From Stramenopiles sp. TOSAG23-3 (Eukaryota), in assembly GCA_900128585.1 (NCBI GenBank), contig LT642156.1, forward strand, positions 1 to 56,881: a stretch of 56,881 nt of DNA, given 5' to 3'. Made by a program: the position numbers and the translations under genes. The notes beneath the pieces are model-generated. The model was given only the letters and a program-made list of their open reading frames with translations. It made no database searches and was not told where the DNA came from. Positions 41,727 to 52,363 of the stretch are shown here, one piece after another. How positions within the stretch are numbered: the stretch's first letter is position 1; every line of letters starts with the position of its first letter.

Positions 41727-43202
41727 TTAGTTCTGAGAAATCGAAGTGAGGAGATCTCTCATTTCTTTTATGTTGAGGTCTTGTGCCGCCCTGCCAACAA
41801 ACTGCCTTGCGGCAGATTGAACGACCAGACGCTTTTGTGCATTAGTGAAATTGACCCCCGAAGCAAGCAGGTGGTCCAGGCCACACTCGTGTATTAAGGT
41901 TCTGTTTTGCTCTACCCATAGAAAAAAACGAGCGCTTTGTACCGGGGTTAGCACATCGTGAAATGATTTCGTAAGACTATGTACAATGGGAGACCGTTTG
42001 AGGGCGGATTCGCCAAGCTTCGAAAGAAGGTGGACAATGCTGTAAAGCCGCTCCCTCTGCGCACGGTGCTCGGGCGTGTTGAGGGCAATGAACGTCGACT
42101 TCATCTTCTCTTCCTGGTCATAAGTGAGGCCTAATTCATTCGAAATAAGAGGCCACAGCGACCCCATGCCACTTTTCCCATTCCTGCCCCCAGCCGCCAC
42201 TTTCCCCCCTTCCTTCCCGGCGTCGTCCCGGGGCTTCTGCTTCAGCACCGCTTCGGCAGCCGCCTTTGCTGCCGCTTTTGCAGCCTGCTCGATGGACTCG
42301 GCCGCTTTATCTCCAGTGCCCGGTGTAAATTCTTCCATCCGCATTTCGCCCGTTAACGTTGACGCCACGACTTTTTGTTGCGTGAGACGACTGCGGGCGC
42401 GGTGGGATGGCCCGAAATCGCTGAAAAAATCTTCGCCTTGGTTGACCATCCATAGCAAAAAACGGCTGTATGGGGGTAGAAGTGTCCCATTGAGACTGCG
42501 AAAGTAGTATTCAAGAACACCCTTCCTGTGGTCTGTGTTTGGACCGAACTGGTTCACAATTTGGTCCACCCTCTTCTCAAGCACCGGGTCATTCGAGTGG
42601 ATGTTGCTCAACGATCGCATGGAGTTCAACGCTTTCAACGCCTCGTTTCGCTGTAGGCGAAAGTGCTTCGCAGAGACCCCCAAGTGGTCTCGCCGCAGCG
42701 TGTTGAGGCTTGACGTGAGCTGCTCGACTTTCTCTTCCAGCAATTCCAGGTATTGCTTTTTCCGTCGACGGCTCTGGCGAGCGGACTCTCGGTTACGCTC
42801 CAAACGGCGCTTTCTCTTTTCCTCCGATATCTTCTTCTCGGACAGTTGGGGCTTTTTCTGCTTTTGTTTCTCTACGGACTTACTTGGACGTTTTGCTTTT
42901 GTTGACTTTTTGGTACTTCCCTTGGACGACTTTGCTGCCGCAATAAAGTTCCCCTCGTCAGGGAGAAGAAAGTTGCTACGGCTGCTATCCTTTTTCGTCG
43001 AAGTTGGTACACCCAGCGAGTCGTTGAAAGGGAAAGGGTCCATTTCCATCTCCCAAGAGTCAGCATTAAAATTAAAGTCATCGCCATCGTTCGCACCTAC
43101 CAGGTAGTTAAAGCCATCAGCAGGGAGTTCCTCCGACAGCAAATCACCAAAATCATCGTTGAAAAAGTCTTCCCCAATGTCAAAGTCGTCAACGTTTGCC
43201 AT
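41727..43202 (-). CDS. bZIP transcription factor with C-terminal helical (DOG1-like) region
   Basis: KRKRRLERNRESARQSRRRKKQYLELLEEKVEQL, acidic N-terminus, LTPVQSARFFLWVEQN. Confidence 0.92.
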   Translation of the reverse strand: MANVDDFDIGEDFFNDDFGDLLSEELPADGFNYLVGANDGDDFNFNADSWEMEMDPFPFNDSLGVPTSTKKDSSRSNFLLPDEGNFIAAAKSSKGSTKKSTKAKRPSKSVEKQKQKKPQLSEKKISEEKRKRRLERNRESARQSRRRKKQYLELLEEKVEQLTSSLNTLRRDHLGVSAKHFRLQRNEALKALNSMRSLSNIHSNDPVLEKRVDQIVNQFGPNTDHRKGVLEYYFRSLNGTLLPPYSRFLLWMVNQGEDFFSDFGPSHRARSRLTQQKVVASTLTGEMRMEEFTPGTGDKAAESIEQAAKAAAKAAAEAVLKQKPRDDAGKEGGKVAAGGRNGKSGMGSLWPLISNELGLTYDQEEKMKSTFIALNTPEHRAQRERLYSIVHLLSKLGESALKRSPIVHSLTKSFHDVLTPVQSARFFLWVEQNRTLIHECGLDHLLASGVNFTNAQKRLVVQSAARQFVGRAAQDLNIKEMRDLLTSISQN

Positions 43203-43930
43203 TCTTTCTTCACCAGACGGAACACGTAGGTAGTATTTTCTAAAAACAGGCGTATGAAAATCCCACTGGCACCAAAAGCACCTTAGTAACTCTAATCAAT
43301 GATTCCTCTCTATTATTTGTTCAAAAATGGATCTATCGTTTCTCTTGTACAATCATTTCTTCTTTCCTTCATTCTTTTATTTTCTTCTTCGGTTGGGAAG
43401 AAAGGTGCATGTGTTTGTTGATTAGCGCGTCGATCTTCGTCGATCTTCTCGTGTCCAATAATAATAATAATAAAAACAAAAAAAAAAAATAATAAAAAAT
43501 ATTATTTAACTATTTAATAGTAGTTCATTATTATATTACCTAAAACTATTACCAGTTAAATAATATACACAGGTCAAGAGGAGGTATTTATTATTTAGTC
43601 GTCTATTATTATAGCCTATTAATTAATAAAAAATAATACAACAGTACTGACTTCAGGAAAAAATCAATACCAGGTACCAAAAAAAATTTAAAGAAGGAGA
43701 GGTTGTGGTGAGTTTTTATTGATGATGTGTTGATGAAAGAAAAATAATATAAAAAATTTTGAAGAAAATTATTCTTTTTGTTCTTCGATTTTTATTCCTT
43801 TATTACACACTTCGTATGCTATGGATATGGATGGGCACAGGATTCTGCCTGGTAGAGGATACCGGACTCGGATATTGTTAAACCCTATATACAACACTTC
43901 TAAAACTGAAAAATTTAGTACAGGTACCAA

Positions 43931-46900
43931 CTACAATGCATTGTTGACGGCATTTGTTTTCTTTCCAGGTGCTTCAATAATCCCCTTTTCTACCTTATCT
44001 TTTACTTCCTTTCGCTTTTTCTCATTTTCTTCAATGTGTTCTTCGACTGTTATATTTTTTAGTATCTGGTCCAGCTTGTCTTGGTCACCCTTTTCAACAG
44101 CTTCCTGTAACTTCCCACGAAGAACGACATTTTCCACTTTTGCAAAATTATCCATCAGCCCGCAATTTTTGCAACAATATGGAAAATCCTCGTGGTACAT
44201 GAGGTAGGCTGACATTCCTTTCAATGCTTCTTTCCTTTCTTGTATCTTTTCTTCCACTTCTCGCACGTTTTTGTTTGGATCCTCGTCACGATCTTCTATG
44301 TAATAGCGAGCGTTCGAGTCGTATGCCCAGACAGTAATAAATTGACGATTGGCTGCCTTACTGCTTTTCCCGCAACGGTCAAGCGCGTTGGTTCCGCGAA
44401 AGTTAATCTGACCTAGAAACTCATCTTCGCCGACTAGATCGTCATCGTAGACTTCAAACCTTACCCAAGACGACATGAAATCATTCCCCATGTCATACTC
44501 AAAGACTTCTTCCCAAACAGGATTGAGACAATTATCAATCACTCGCGTTCTCCCGATCTCCTCGTTATTGACCAGGATGACCGCATACGGATCAGATAAC
44601 CCGACCAAATCTGCATCCGCCAGCCCTTTTGCCAATATCACATTTATTAACAGTTTAGGAGCGCTATCGTCCGCTGCTTCGACCTGAAACTCATCCGTTG
44701 ACTCTGCGCGGCTGTGTTCTTCATCATACGCGCCCAAAAATTCGTTGTAAAACTTGTCCAGCAGGACATCCTCCTCCGGCCCCGGTTCCTCTGGAGGTGG
44801 GGGTAGAGGCAAACCTTCGGCAATCATGCGCGCCTCTTCTTCGTCTTTCATAATTATGTCGCCATGAAAACGAGAAACAGAATCTCGAACACAAGCTAAC
44901 ATAGGGCCAATTTTAGATCGTCGCCAATCATCGCGGGCAATCTCCAAACGATGGAGTCTTTCTACTCCAAAGCATTCAAAAACTCCCCAGTTGGCCGTTT
45001 TTTCTTCAAAATGGCGCAAGGACTCGAGCTCTAGGTTGAAGGGGTAAGCATCCTGAACGACATCTTTTTCCAATTGAATCAAATCTCTGCGCAGCTGCGC
45101 GCGCTTTCGGCGTTCCTCCATTGGAAACTTTTGCTTGGATGTCTTGTTCAATTTTTCAATCCCCTCTTCCGTTTCACTTGTGTCTGTCCAAGCAACTGTA
45201 AATGTCACTGAATCGACGACAATTGCCACTTCCCGGTCAGCCTGTACTTTAGAGTACATTTTCTCAACGGCAGGAAGGGCGTTCCAGTCCACTTTTGAAA
45301 AATACTTGTTTCTAAGCTTTTGTTCTCGTTCTTGCTCTTCCTCGACCAACTCCGAAATATCCAAACTTAAGTCTGGGATGTCTTTTTCTTCAATGGGGAT
45401 ATCTTCCAAAGGGGTTTTATTCTCGTTCAACAGCACGACCGCCTCTACAATGTACTGCAGAGCGGCAATAACTTCGTGGTCCGCTTTCTCTCGAAATCGG
45501 GCAACACTGTCACACATTATATCGACGAGGGTTACAATCTGGGGAGGAACGTGTTCCAATGGGTCGTACACCGTTCCCGGGTCCTCCTTATGGTTCAGCA
45601 GCAACAAGTTATCGTCGCCTTCCTTTAACGCGATTCCGTAATAATGCAACAGCGGTTCTGCCTTTGCCGTACTCAACGATGCATCATCGTCCCTGCCTAC
45701 AGCCCCGACTAAACAGGCAAGGACACTTCGGACCAACTCATGGTCACTCCTGTCTTCATCTCCTTCCGATATCGTAATCTGAGTAGTGTCTCGCATTTTT
45801 TTGAGTATGAACGGCTCCTCAGTTTCGTAGACCCACGGGTTATTAGCTATGCTCAATTTTTCCAAACCCCTGTTTCGGCGCATTGCCTGACCAAGTTCTT
45901 TCACGCCTTTACTTGTGATCTCATTGCTATCCAGATCAAGGTATTTTAAAGTTTTATTGGAAGCAAATGCTTTGGATATCTGGATGACGCCCTTGTCTTT
46001 TAATTTATTGCTGTGTAAAATTAGCTTTCCTAAGGCCGTGTTCTCCTTTAAGGCCTTCATGATGGCCGTACCCGCCTTAGGTGGAATCTGACAGTTGGAA
46101 ATATCCAACTCGTACAGTCGAGTATTTATTTTGACCGAACGTAGAAGCACTTGAGTTCCTGCACTTTCCAACAGATTGTAAGAGAGGTCTAAGAACACCA
46201 ATGTATCATTGAATTCGAGGGCTTCCTGAAACACTAATTCTATTCCCGCGGCATCAAAGCAAAGCTCCTCCTCATGTTCCTTTCCTCTGCAGTACAGCCC
46301 GCGCAATGTTTGATTGTCTTGTAGCGCCCAACCAAACCGACGAAGGAAATCCTCCTTCTTGTCGTCAACCTCCCCCTTACGGTTCATGATGGTCTTCTTC
46401 CATTTTGATATGTCAATAATCTGCTTTGTTCTCTGCATCATCAGGCGGTACAAATGAATTGCTTTTTTGCCAAATCGCCAAAAATTCAACATATTGTCAA
46501 TCACCGAATATCGCTTACTCCTGGGCAGCTTGTCAACCTTTACCTCAACATTCAAGTCATCGCCGTACGAGGTGACACTTGAGGCGGGAATTGAGGATAG
46601 GCCGTCCGTTATGGACGATTCCGTCGGAACGTAACGGTCCTCAGCAATGGCTATATATTTGTCATACGCCTTTCGCACATGGTCCCAAGAAAAGCTATCG
46701 GATAGACTACCGGTTGGTGTAGGCGCTTCATCGTCCAAATTATCTACTTCCATTGCTTCGCCAGTGTGCGCAGACGATTGGTCGTCCGAATCGTCTTCTC
46801 CAATTGGTTCTATTTTCGGCAGGACAGTGTCCAGTACATCGGCGACGACCGACGTTGCGAGAAGTGTATTGGCCGATTTTATATTTACCGCTTTCGGCAC

Positions 46901-47743
46901 GTTCCAGACGACAAGTTGGGGGTTTAGCCTGTGAACGTAATAAAACATGCCCGTATTTTCATCCCAACACTCCTTCCACTCCACAGCAACACTGGCGCTT
47001 GATGGGAGCTCTTCCGGCCGATCATAAACAATCGCTATTGTCCCTCGGAGGACGAAATAAATTTCGTCGTCACCACTTTCTTCTTCTTCCGACGTACCGC
47101 GTTGATTAATTTTCACCCACTTTGATGCTCTGGTCTCTTTCTGTTCTTCTGCAGCTACGCTAATCAATTCTTCGTCTGACAAGTCAACGGAAAAATCTTC
47201 TATTGCCGATATTAACGCGTCGCAAACTCGTTGACTTGCAAGAGTTCTTGCTCTGCGTTTGGCCACAATTTTGAGAAAGTCCGCATCTATATCGCTAGGT
47301 ATTCCCCATATCGCCTTACTTGACACTCTGTTTACATAAAAATATCTATAGTTGTCATCGTGGTAATATTCCTCCCATTCTACTAAAACATCTTCTTCGC
47401 TAGGAATATCTTTGGGGCGATCATAAACCGACTGTTCCGTCTCTTTATTGAAATAAAAAATTACCCCTGCTTCAGGGTCGTAATTCTTAGACCAAGGCGA
47501 ACCCCTTATTCTGCCCCGATGCAGTTTCTCCCGCCGAGCGCGCCGCTGTTGCGCTCGGTATTCAAAGTTCCCACCCGCACCATCATTCTCTAAATCAATA
47601 GCATCTTCTGAACCTTCAAACAAAAACAATTCTCTTCTTTTACCCCGCTCATGTTTTTTCGATCGCACCCAAGGCCATTCGGACTGTCTAGCTTTTTTTC
47701 GATTTTCGCGCTTTACATATTTTATCTCTGGTGATCTTGGCAT
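43931..47743 (-). CDS. WW-domain + RNI-like LRR + C2-domain protein
   Basis: Four WW-like units (e.g. WSKNYDPEAGVIFYFNKETEQSVYDRP). LRRs (NDTLVFLDLSYN, NKTLKYLDLDSNEITSKG). C2 (AKGLADADLVGLSDPY..TRVIDNCLNPVWEE..VYDDDLVGEDEFLG). Confidence 0.88.
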   Translation of the reverse strand: MPRSPEIKYVKRENRKKARQSEWPWVRSKKHERGKRRELFLFEGSEDAIDLENDGAGGNFEYRAQQRRARREKLHRGRIRGSPWSKNYDPEAGVIFYFNKETEQSVYDRPKDIPSEEDVLVEWEEYYHDDNYRYFYVNRVSSKAIWGIPSDIDADFLKIVAKRRARTLASQRVCDALISAIEDFSVDLSDEELISVAAEEQKETRASKWVKINQRGTSEEEESGDDEIYFVLRGTIAIVYDRPEELPSSASVAVEWKECWDENTGMFYYVHRLNPQLVVWNVPKAVNIKSANTLLATSVVADVLDTVLPKIEPIGEDDSDDQSSAHTGEAMEVDNLDDEAPTPTGSLSDSFSWDHVRKAYDKYIAIAEDRYVPTESSITDGLSSIPASSVTSYGDDLNVEVKVDKLPRSKRYSVIDNMLNFWRFGKKAIHLYRLMMQRTKQIIDISKWKKTIMNRKGEVDDKKEDFLRRFGWALQDNQTLRGLYCRGKEHEEELCFDAAGIELVFQEALEFNDTLVFLDLSYNLLESAGTQVLLRSVKINTRLYELDISNCQIPPKAGTAIMKALKENTALGKLILHSNKLKDKGVIQISKAFASNKTLKYLDLDSNEITSKGVKELGQAMRRNRGLEKLSIANNPWVYETEEPFILKKMRDTTQITISEGDEDRSDHELVRSVLACLVGAVGRDDDASLSTAKAEPLLHYYGIALKEGDDNLLLLNHKEDPGTVYDPLEHVPPQIVTLVDIMCDSVARFREKADHEVIAALQYIVEAVVLLNENKTPLEDIPIEEKDIPDLSLDISELVEEEQEREQKLRNKYFSKVDWNALPAVEKMYSKVQADREVAIVVDSVTFTVAWTDTSETEEGIEKLNKTSKQKFPMEERRKRAQLRRDLIQLEKDVVQDAYPFNLELESLRHFEEKTANWGVFECFGVERLHRLEIARDDWRRSKIGPMLACVRDSVSRFHGDIIMKDEEEARMIAEGLPLPPPPEEPGPEEDVLLDKFYNEFLGAYDEEHSRAESTDEFQVEAADDSAPKLLINVILAKGLADADLVGLSDPYAVILVNNEEIGRTRVIDNCLNPVWEEVFEYDMGNDFMSSWVRFEVYDDDLVGEDEFLGQINFRGTNALDRCGKSSKAANRQFITVWAYDSNARYYIEDRDEDPNKNVREVEEKIQERKEALKGMSAYLMYHEDFPYCCKNCGLMDNFAKVENVVLRGKLQEAVEKGDQDKLDQILKNITVEEHIEENEKKRKEVKDKVEKGIIEAPGKKTNAVNNAL

Positions 47744-48297
47744 TGTTTCATTTGATTCTTTATAATCTTTCTATTTTAACAGACCAATCTGAAACACAAA
47801 TTTGAAAAAAGTATGGGTGAAATCTAAATTATTGCATTGTGTACTACGAGGACATTCCTCAAACATTCCTCAAACATTCCTATGTAGGCAATCATATTAC
47901 TTTCTTTCTAACGATGATTTGGGGCATCATGTACAATATATATATCTATAATATAATAATATAATAATAATATACCAGTAATAATAATATTACGTAGTGC
48001 GTAGTGCCCAAGTTGGTTGTGGGGAAGAGTGAGAAGAGAGAGAAGCAACAAACAACAACCGATTAAAATTCGATTTTGCTGTGATGCTATCACCTGCCAG
48101 CGGTATTATATTATTATTACTATTCTACTATTAAATTGAAATACAATATCATCTTCTATTATTATTTTACATTTGTCGTTATAAAAATAATAACAAAATA
48201 GCACTGATAAAAATAATATAATAACATCTTGAATTTTTAGTCTCTCTCTCTATTTTTTTTTCGCTAAAAAAATAGACAAGAAAAGAGGAGTGAGTGT

Positions 48298-48343
48298 GAA
48301 GCTAAATTTAATTACTTAAATAACAGCCAATTTTCTTGTTTTT
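48298..48343 (+). repeat. Longest copy of the dispersed element GAAGCTAAATTTAATTACTTAAATAACAGCCAATTTTCTTGTTTT
   Basis: Matches 52165-52209 apart from a 2-nt insertion, and contains the exact 33-mer. Confidence 0.92.
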
Positions 48344-48663
48344 ATTATTATAATAATATTATTGTTCCTCTCGACGACGATCATCATATATTATTATATT
48401 CGCGGTAAAAAAAAATGAAGAAGCGAGGCTGAAAGATACTACTCCAACGGCATCATTAATTGGTTGATGTCCATATAATGTAATGAATAATATGGTGTGG
48501 CGGTTTATTAGATTATTATTATTCTTTCCGGGAGATTCATTTCATAATCCAATGCAATTGAAATTGCCCGTAAATTCTACATTTATTGTATGAATGAGTT
48601 GCAAGTTGTGAAAAAAATAATTTGATTCACAATAACAATCGAGCGGTGGTACTTTAAACCAAG

Positions 48664-50955
48664 ATGAGCAGGATTCTCGTTATTCTGACATTGGTTTTGC
48701 ATTCGAGTCTTATATCATGCAATGATCAAGTTACGTACGAAACCGCAAAAGAGATGTTGAAATCCTGTAGCTGTTTTGCGGAATTGCTAACGTACGCAAA
48801 GGTAGATTCTCCAAAAGGGCTAGATGTTCACTCACTGCATCGCCTTGTAGACGACTTGATCGCCGAAAAAGAGATCGTTTTGCACAGAGAGAAGGCCATA
48901 GAAATGAAAAACAAACAAACAGTTGGTTTCGAATGGGGCGCATCGGAATTTGCAGCCGAGCCACCCCCAGAAGTGTCTGTTGCGGATATGAATTTAGATG
49001 ACACACGAAAGTTTGTGCGAGATTACGATCTAAATGTACGTGTTAGTTTGGAAAACGGTCAATCCAAAGAGGACATTATTGCAAGCATCGAGAGGGCAGC
49101 AAAGCGAGCGAGACACGAAAGGTTGGAATCGCACCTTGGCTTTCTGCAGGGAGAAGACGGCGTTGTTGAAGTTAAATATATCGTCATTGGGGCTGGTCCT
49201 AGTGGTCTGCAACAATCGTATTTTTTGGACCGGAATAATCGGGACTATATCGTGTTTGAAAAAAACAGCGCACCCGGTACATTTTTTGATAACTTCCCCA
49301 GGTCTCGACGAATGACATCTTTGAATCGGCGTGTAGTAGGTGTTGGGAACGCGCACAAAGAGGCTGCCTGGAGATTTGACGCAAATAGCCTGTTGTCGCA
49401 TTTGCCGGACTTAAAATTTTCTCAATATACAAATTCAATGTATCCTCATGCAGACGTTTACCGAACGTATTTAGAAGATTATGCATCCCAGTTGGGACTT
49501 AACATAAAGTACAACTCAAAAGTGGTCAAAATCAAACGGCAACGAAGGATATGGAGGGGGGACTCATCGAAACGACAGCGTAACGTGTTTTTGGTCCAGC
49601 TTGCGAATGGAAAACGGTACCGTTGCAGAGTGCTTCTTGTTGCAAGTGGAATCACATCGACACATGACATCCCCGGCGTAGACTATACCGACAATTATGA
49701 GACGTCCTCGTTAGACCCAAGAAATTATTACAGGCGCAAAATGCTGTTTGTAGGAAATGGCGACAACGCAATGGAAATCGCACATTATGCGGGGCAGTAC
49801 GCCGCCGAGACAACATATATTAGCAGTGAGGGGTTAGGTTTACTTTCTGGGGGGACGGGCTCGTACTCATACGCTGGTTTCCGAGCTCACGATATGGTGA
49901 ATGAGCACAGCCTCACAAGTGCACAAACGGTAGAGGGTATGCTGAAAGGGGTCTTAAACCAAGGAGAACCCGCAGCTTCGAAATACACTTTGCAGTCTGC
50001 CCGGGAGGACGATGGACTAAATGTCTCCTTAAAGGCCAACCGACCAAAAGACCCTTCCATTTTTCTTGGAAAATACGACGATGTAATTTTGACCACAGGG
50101 TTTCGCTTGGACGCAAGTATGTTCAGCACAAATCGTACCAAACCGGCTTTGACTATGGACGATCGGTACCCAAAATTGAAGTACAATTTTGCATCAGCAA
50201 ACGTTAGTCACATGTATTTTACTGGTTCTCTAATCTCCGGTTATTTCTTTCAAAATAATGGCAAGAGGGCCGCTGGCATGCAAGTGGGCGACTGGCGATA
50301 CATGTCCAGGGCACTGCATAACTACTTAGAGGTTCGGTATGAGCAGCGAACGTGGCCCGACATGAGAAAAATACCTTCTCACGCCGCCGGAATTACAGAT
50401 CGAGTCAAGCATCGAATAAGTCAAAGCGCAGGAATTTTCCGAGTGCACGGAAAGTTTGGTTTGGGCGATTTGATCACGTTCCCACTGAGCGGTTACTTTG
50501 CAAACAATATTCGGCGTGCCAACACATTGTACTTGCATGAAGTCCCGGGTTTACCCGATTCAGCCACGGACATATTTCTTCGTTTAAAAAAATTTCACAA
50601 CAAAGACATGCTACTAGTACGGCACTGTCTGACATTGGCGTTTACAGGTGTACATTGTAGCAGGAAGAAGAGCAATGCGTCCAGCCCTAATTTTACAGGG
50701 TTTCATCCTGTCGTCGCCTTGTATGCATTGCCACTTGACAACAGGACAAACCTTATGAAACTTGGGAAATCAACCTTACTACGCACTTATCACTTTGAAG
50801 CAGATCCTGCAATGGAATGGAAAGATGATAATATTCATGCCGACCCTTTTCAACATTGGATCGAAAATGTTGTTTTGAGGATTATATCGGCTGGGCATTT
50901 ACTGCCTCCTCAGCACGCTAGCCCGAGACTAGTACAGAATGAATGTGCCGTGTAA
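48664..50955 (+). CDS. FAD-dependent oxidoreductase, FOXRED2-like
   Basis: Signal peptide, YIVIGAGPSGLQ..YFL, PGTFFDNFPRSRRMTSLNR, RFDANSLLS, YPHAD...YLEDYA, VGNGDNAMEIA, TGF. Confidence 0.85.
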   Translation: MSRILVILTLVLHSSLISCNDQVTYETAKEMLKSCSCFAELLTYAKVDSPKGLDVHSLHRLVDDLIAEKEIVLHREKAIEMKNKQTVGFEWGASEFAAEPPPEVSVADMNLDDTRKFVRDYDLNVRVSLENGQSKEDIIASIERAAKRARHERLESHLGFLQGEDGVVEVKYIVIGAGPSGLQQSYFLDRNNRDYIVFEKNSAPGTFFDNFPRSRRMTSLNRRVVGVGNAHKEAAWRFDANSLLSHLPDLKFSQYTNSMYPHADVYRTYLEDYASQLGLNIKYNSKVVKIKRQRRIWRGDSSKRQRNVFLVQLANGKRYRCRVLLVASGITSTHDIPGVDYTDNYETSSLDPRNYYRRKMLFVGNGDNAMEIAHYAGQYAAETTYISSEGLGLLSGGTGSYSYAGFRAHDMVNEHSLTSAQTVEGMLKGVLNQGEPAASKYTLQSAREDDGLNVSLKANRPKDPSIFLGKYDDVILTTGFRLDASMFSTNRTKPALTMDDRYPKLKYNFASANVSHMYFTGSLISGYFFQNNGKRAAGMQVGDWRYMSRALHNYLEVRYEQRTWPDMRKIPSHAAGITDRVKHRISQSAGIFRVHGKFGLGDLITFPLSGYFANNIRRANTLYLHEVPGLPDSATDIFLRLKKFHNKDMLLVRHCLTLAFTGVHCSRKKSNASSPNFTGFHPVVALYALPLDNRTNLMKLGKSTLLRTYHFEADPAMEWKDDNIHADPFQHWIENVVLRIISAGHLLPPQHASPRLVQNECAV

Positions 50956-51179
50956 ACAGTAAAGAATTCAAAAAGAAGGAAAAGTGCTACACGTGTTGAA
51001 ACTTTAGTGGACAATCAAATGAAAAGGTTTAGAAATAACAATCAATTTTTTGTTTTTAGAATTTTAAGTTGACAATCAATCCCTTAGTGGAGGGTGTACA
51101 AATAGCGTAGTTTAAGATTAACGTACCTCCATTTTGAACGCCAGCAATATTACTCATAGAAAACTGCATTTTCGACTTT

Positions 51180-51878
51180 CTACAACTCGTCTTTGTTGTT
51201 CTTCTTTTTCTTCTTCTTTTTCTTCTTCTTCTTCTTCTTCTTCTTCTTCTTCTTTCTCTTCCGTTTTTTCTTTTGGGGGCTAGAGACTTCGGCATCTTTG
51301 CTTTCCATATCATAGCGGGTCTCATCCTCCGCCCCAGTGCACACTTGCATATCTATGCACAACTCTTTTGAAAAGTATCTGCGTTGCTTTTCGGGTTGGT
51401 CTTTCGCGTGGCGATAGTGCCCATAAACAATTAGCTCCTTATCATTAGTCAAATCCTGGCACAATCTTGCAAATCGTTCCGGGTTCTTCCCGCCCCCTTG
51501 CGTCAGGCCAGCGGTGTTCATCGCATCTAAACCCTCTCCGCTGAGTCGGATGTTAGGCCAGGCCTCGTTGCCTTTTAAACCATAATTGTCGAAAGCACGC
51601 TGTGAACACGTCTCTTCATAAACTTCATAGACTTTGCTCTCACTTGCCTCCCGTTTATTATGATCGGTCACTTTCTCAAATTTATTATAAAGATGGTAGC
51701 CGATGGCACGGCAGGCATCGCACTTCATGTATTTTGGAAAATACACCGACATCCGTTCCTCCTCGGACAACTGCGGGGGTGTGAAAGATATCGCATTCTC
51801 CGACGCTTGCACTACTGCATTGGCAGTAAGTGTGAGAATCAAAAGGGAAACCCCAAGATTAGTCCGTTGCAAAATCAT
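51180..51878 (-). CDS. ER-resident saposin-fold protein, MZB1/Canopy-like, with poly-Lys tract and KDEL
   Basis: Signal peptide, PQLSEEE...PKYMKCDACRAIGY, YGLK...RLSGEGL, GGGKNPERF..LC, ELC...C, terminal KDEL. Confidence 0.82.
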   Translation of the reverse strand: MILQRTNLGVSLLILTLTANAVVQASENAISFTPPQLSEEERMSVYFPKYMKCDACRAIGYHLYNKFEKVTDHNKREASESKVYEVYEETCSQRAFDNYGLKGNEAWPNIRLSGEGLDAMNTAGLTQGGGKNPERFARLCQDLTNDKELIVYGHYRHAKDQPEKQRRYFSKELCIDMQVCTGAEDETRYDMESKDAEVSSPQKKKRKRKKKKKKKKKKKKKKKKKKNNKDEL

Positions 51879-52164
51879 CGTCTAGCACTTTTGGTTTAAA
51901 ATAAGGTGTCTACTGGTACATTTCGTGGTATAAAATTTCGTTTTGTTTCGTTTTCATTTCAGAAAGATATCCCTCAAACGAGAAGAGACTAATTTAAATT
52001 GATTAATATATATACTAAGAAGTTTGTGTGGGGTGGGGTGGTGGTGGAGAAAGATGATGATATGATATGATTATTTTGTACTACAACAAAACACACACCA
52101 CATCATCATATTTTATGGCAAAAAACAAATAATAAAAACATTCAAGTTAGGATTAGGGTATGAG

Positions 52165-52363
52165 GAAGCTAAATTTAATTACTTATAAATAACAGCCAAT
52201 TTTCTTGTTGTTAGTTTTTATAAAAAGTATTTAGTAAGTGAATGTCTATATTTTTTTATTACTTTATCTTAAACTTTTATACAGTTCGCATTACATTAAT
52301 TTTAATTACATCATTAGTTTCTTTAATTTTAATTACTTAAATAACAGCCAATTTTCTTGTTTT
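52165..52363 (+). repeat. Two copies of the dispersed element (52165-52209 and 52328-52363)
   Basis: The second copy is an exact 33-mer overlapping the TAA stop (52362-52364) of the minus-strand GPCR. Confidence 0.92.

Noticed and set aside
47852-47881. Short tandem acattcctcaa repeats (and atgtaactacatg x2 near 21308-21338)
   Set aside because: Ordinary local slippage duplications.
48305-48343. Dispersed element as a spliced-leader exon (TTTAATTAC resembles nematode SL1)
   Set aside because: The match is short and AT-rich, AG is followed by CC rather than a GT donor, and copies are not adjacent to start codons.
50941-50955. C-terminal ECAV as a CaaX prenylation signal
   Set aside because: Cys is third from the end, not fourth, and the protein has a signal peptide.
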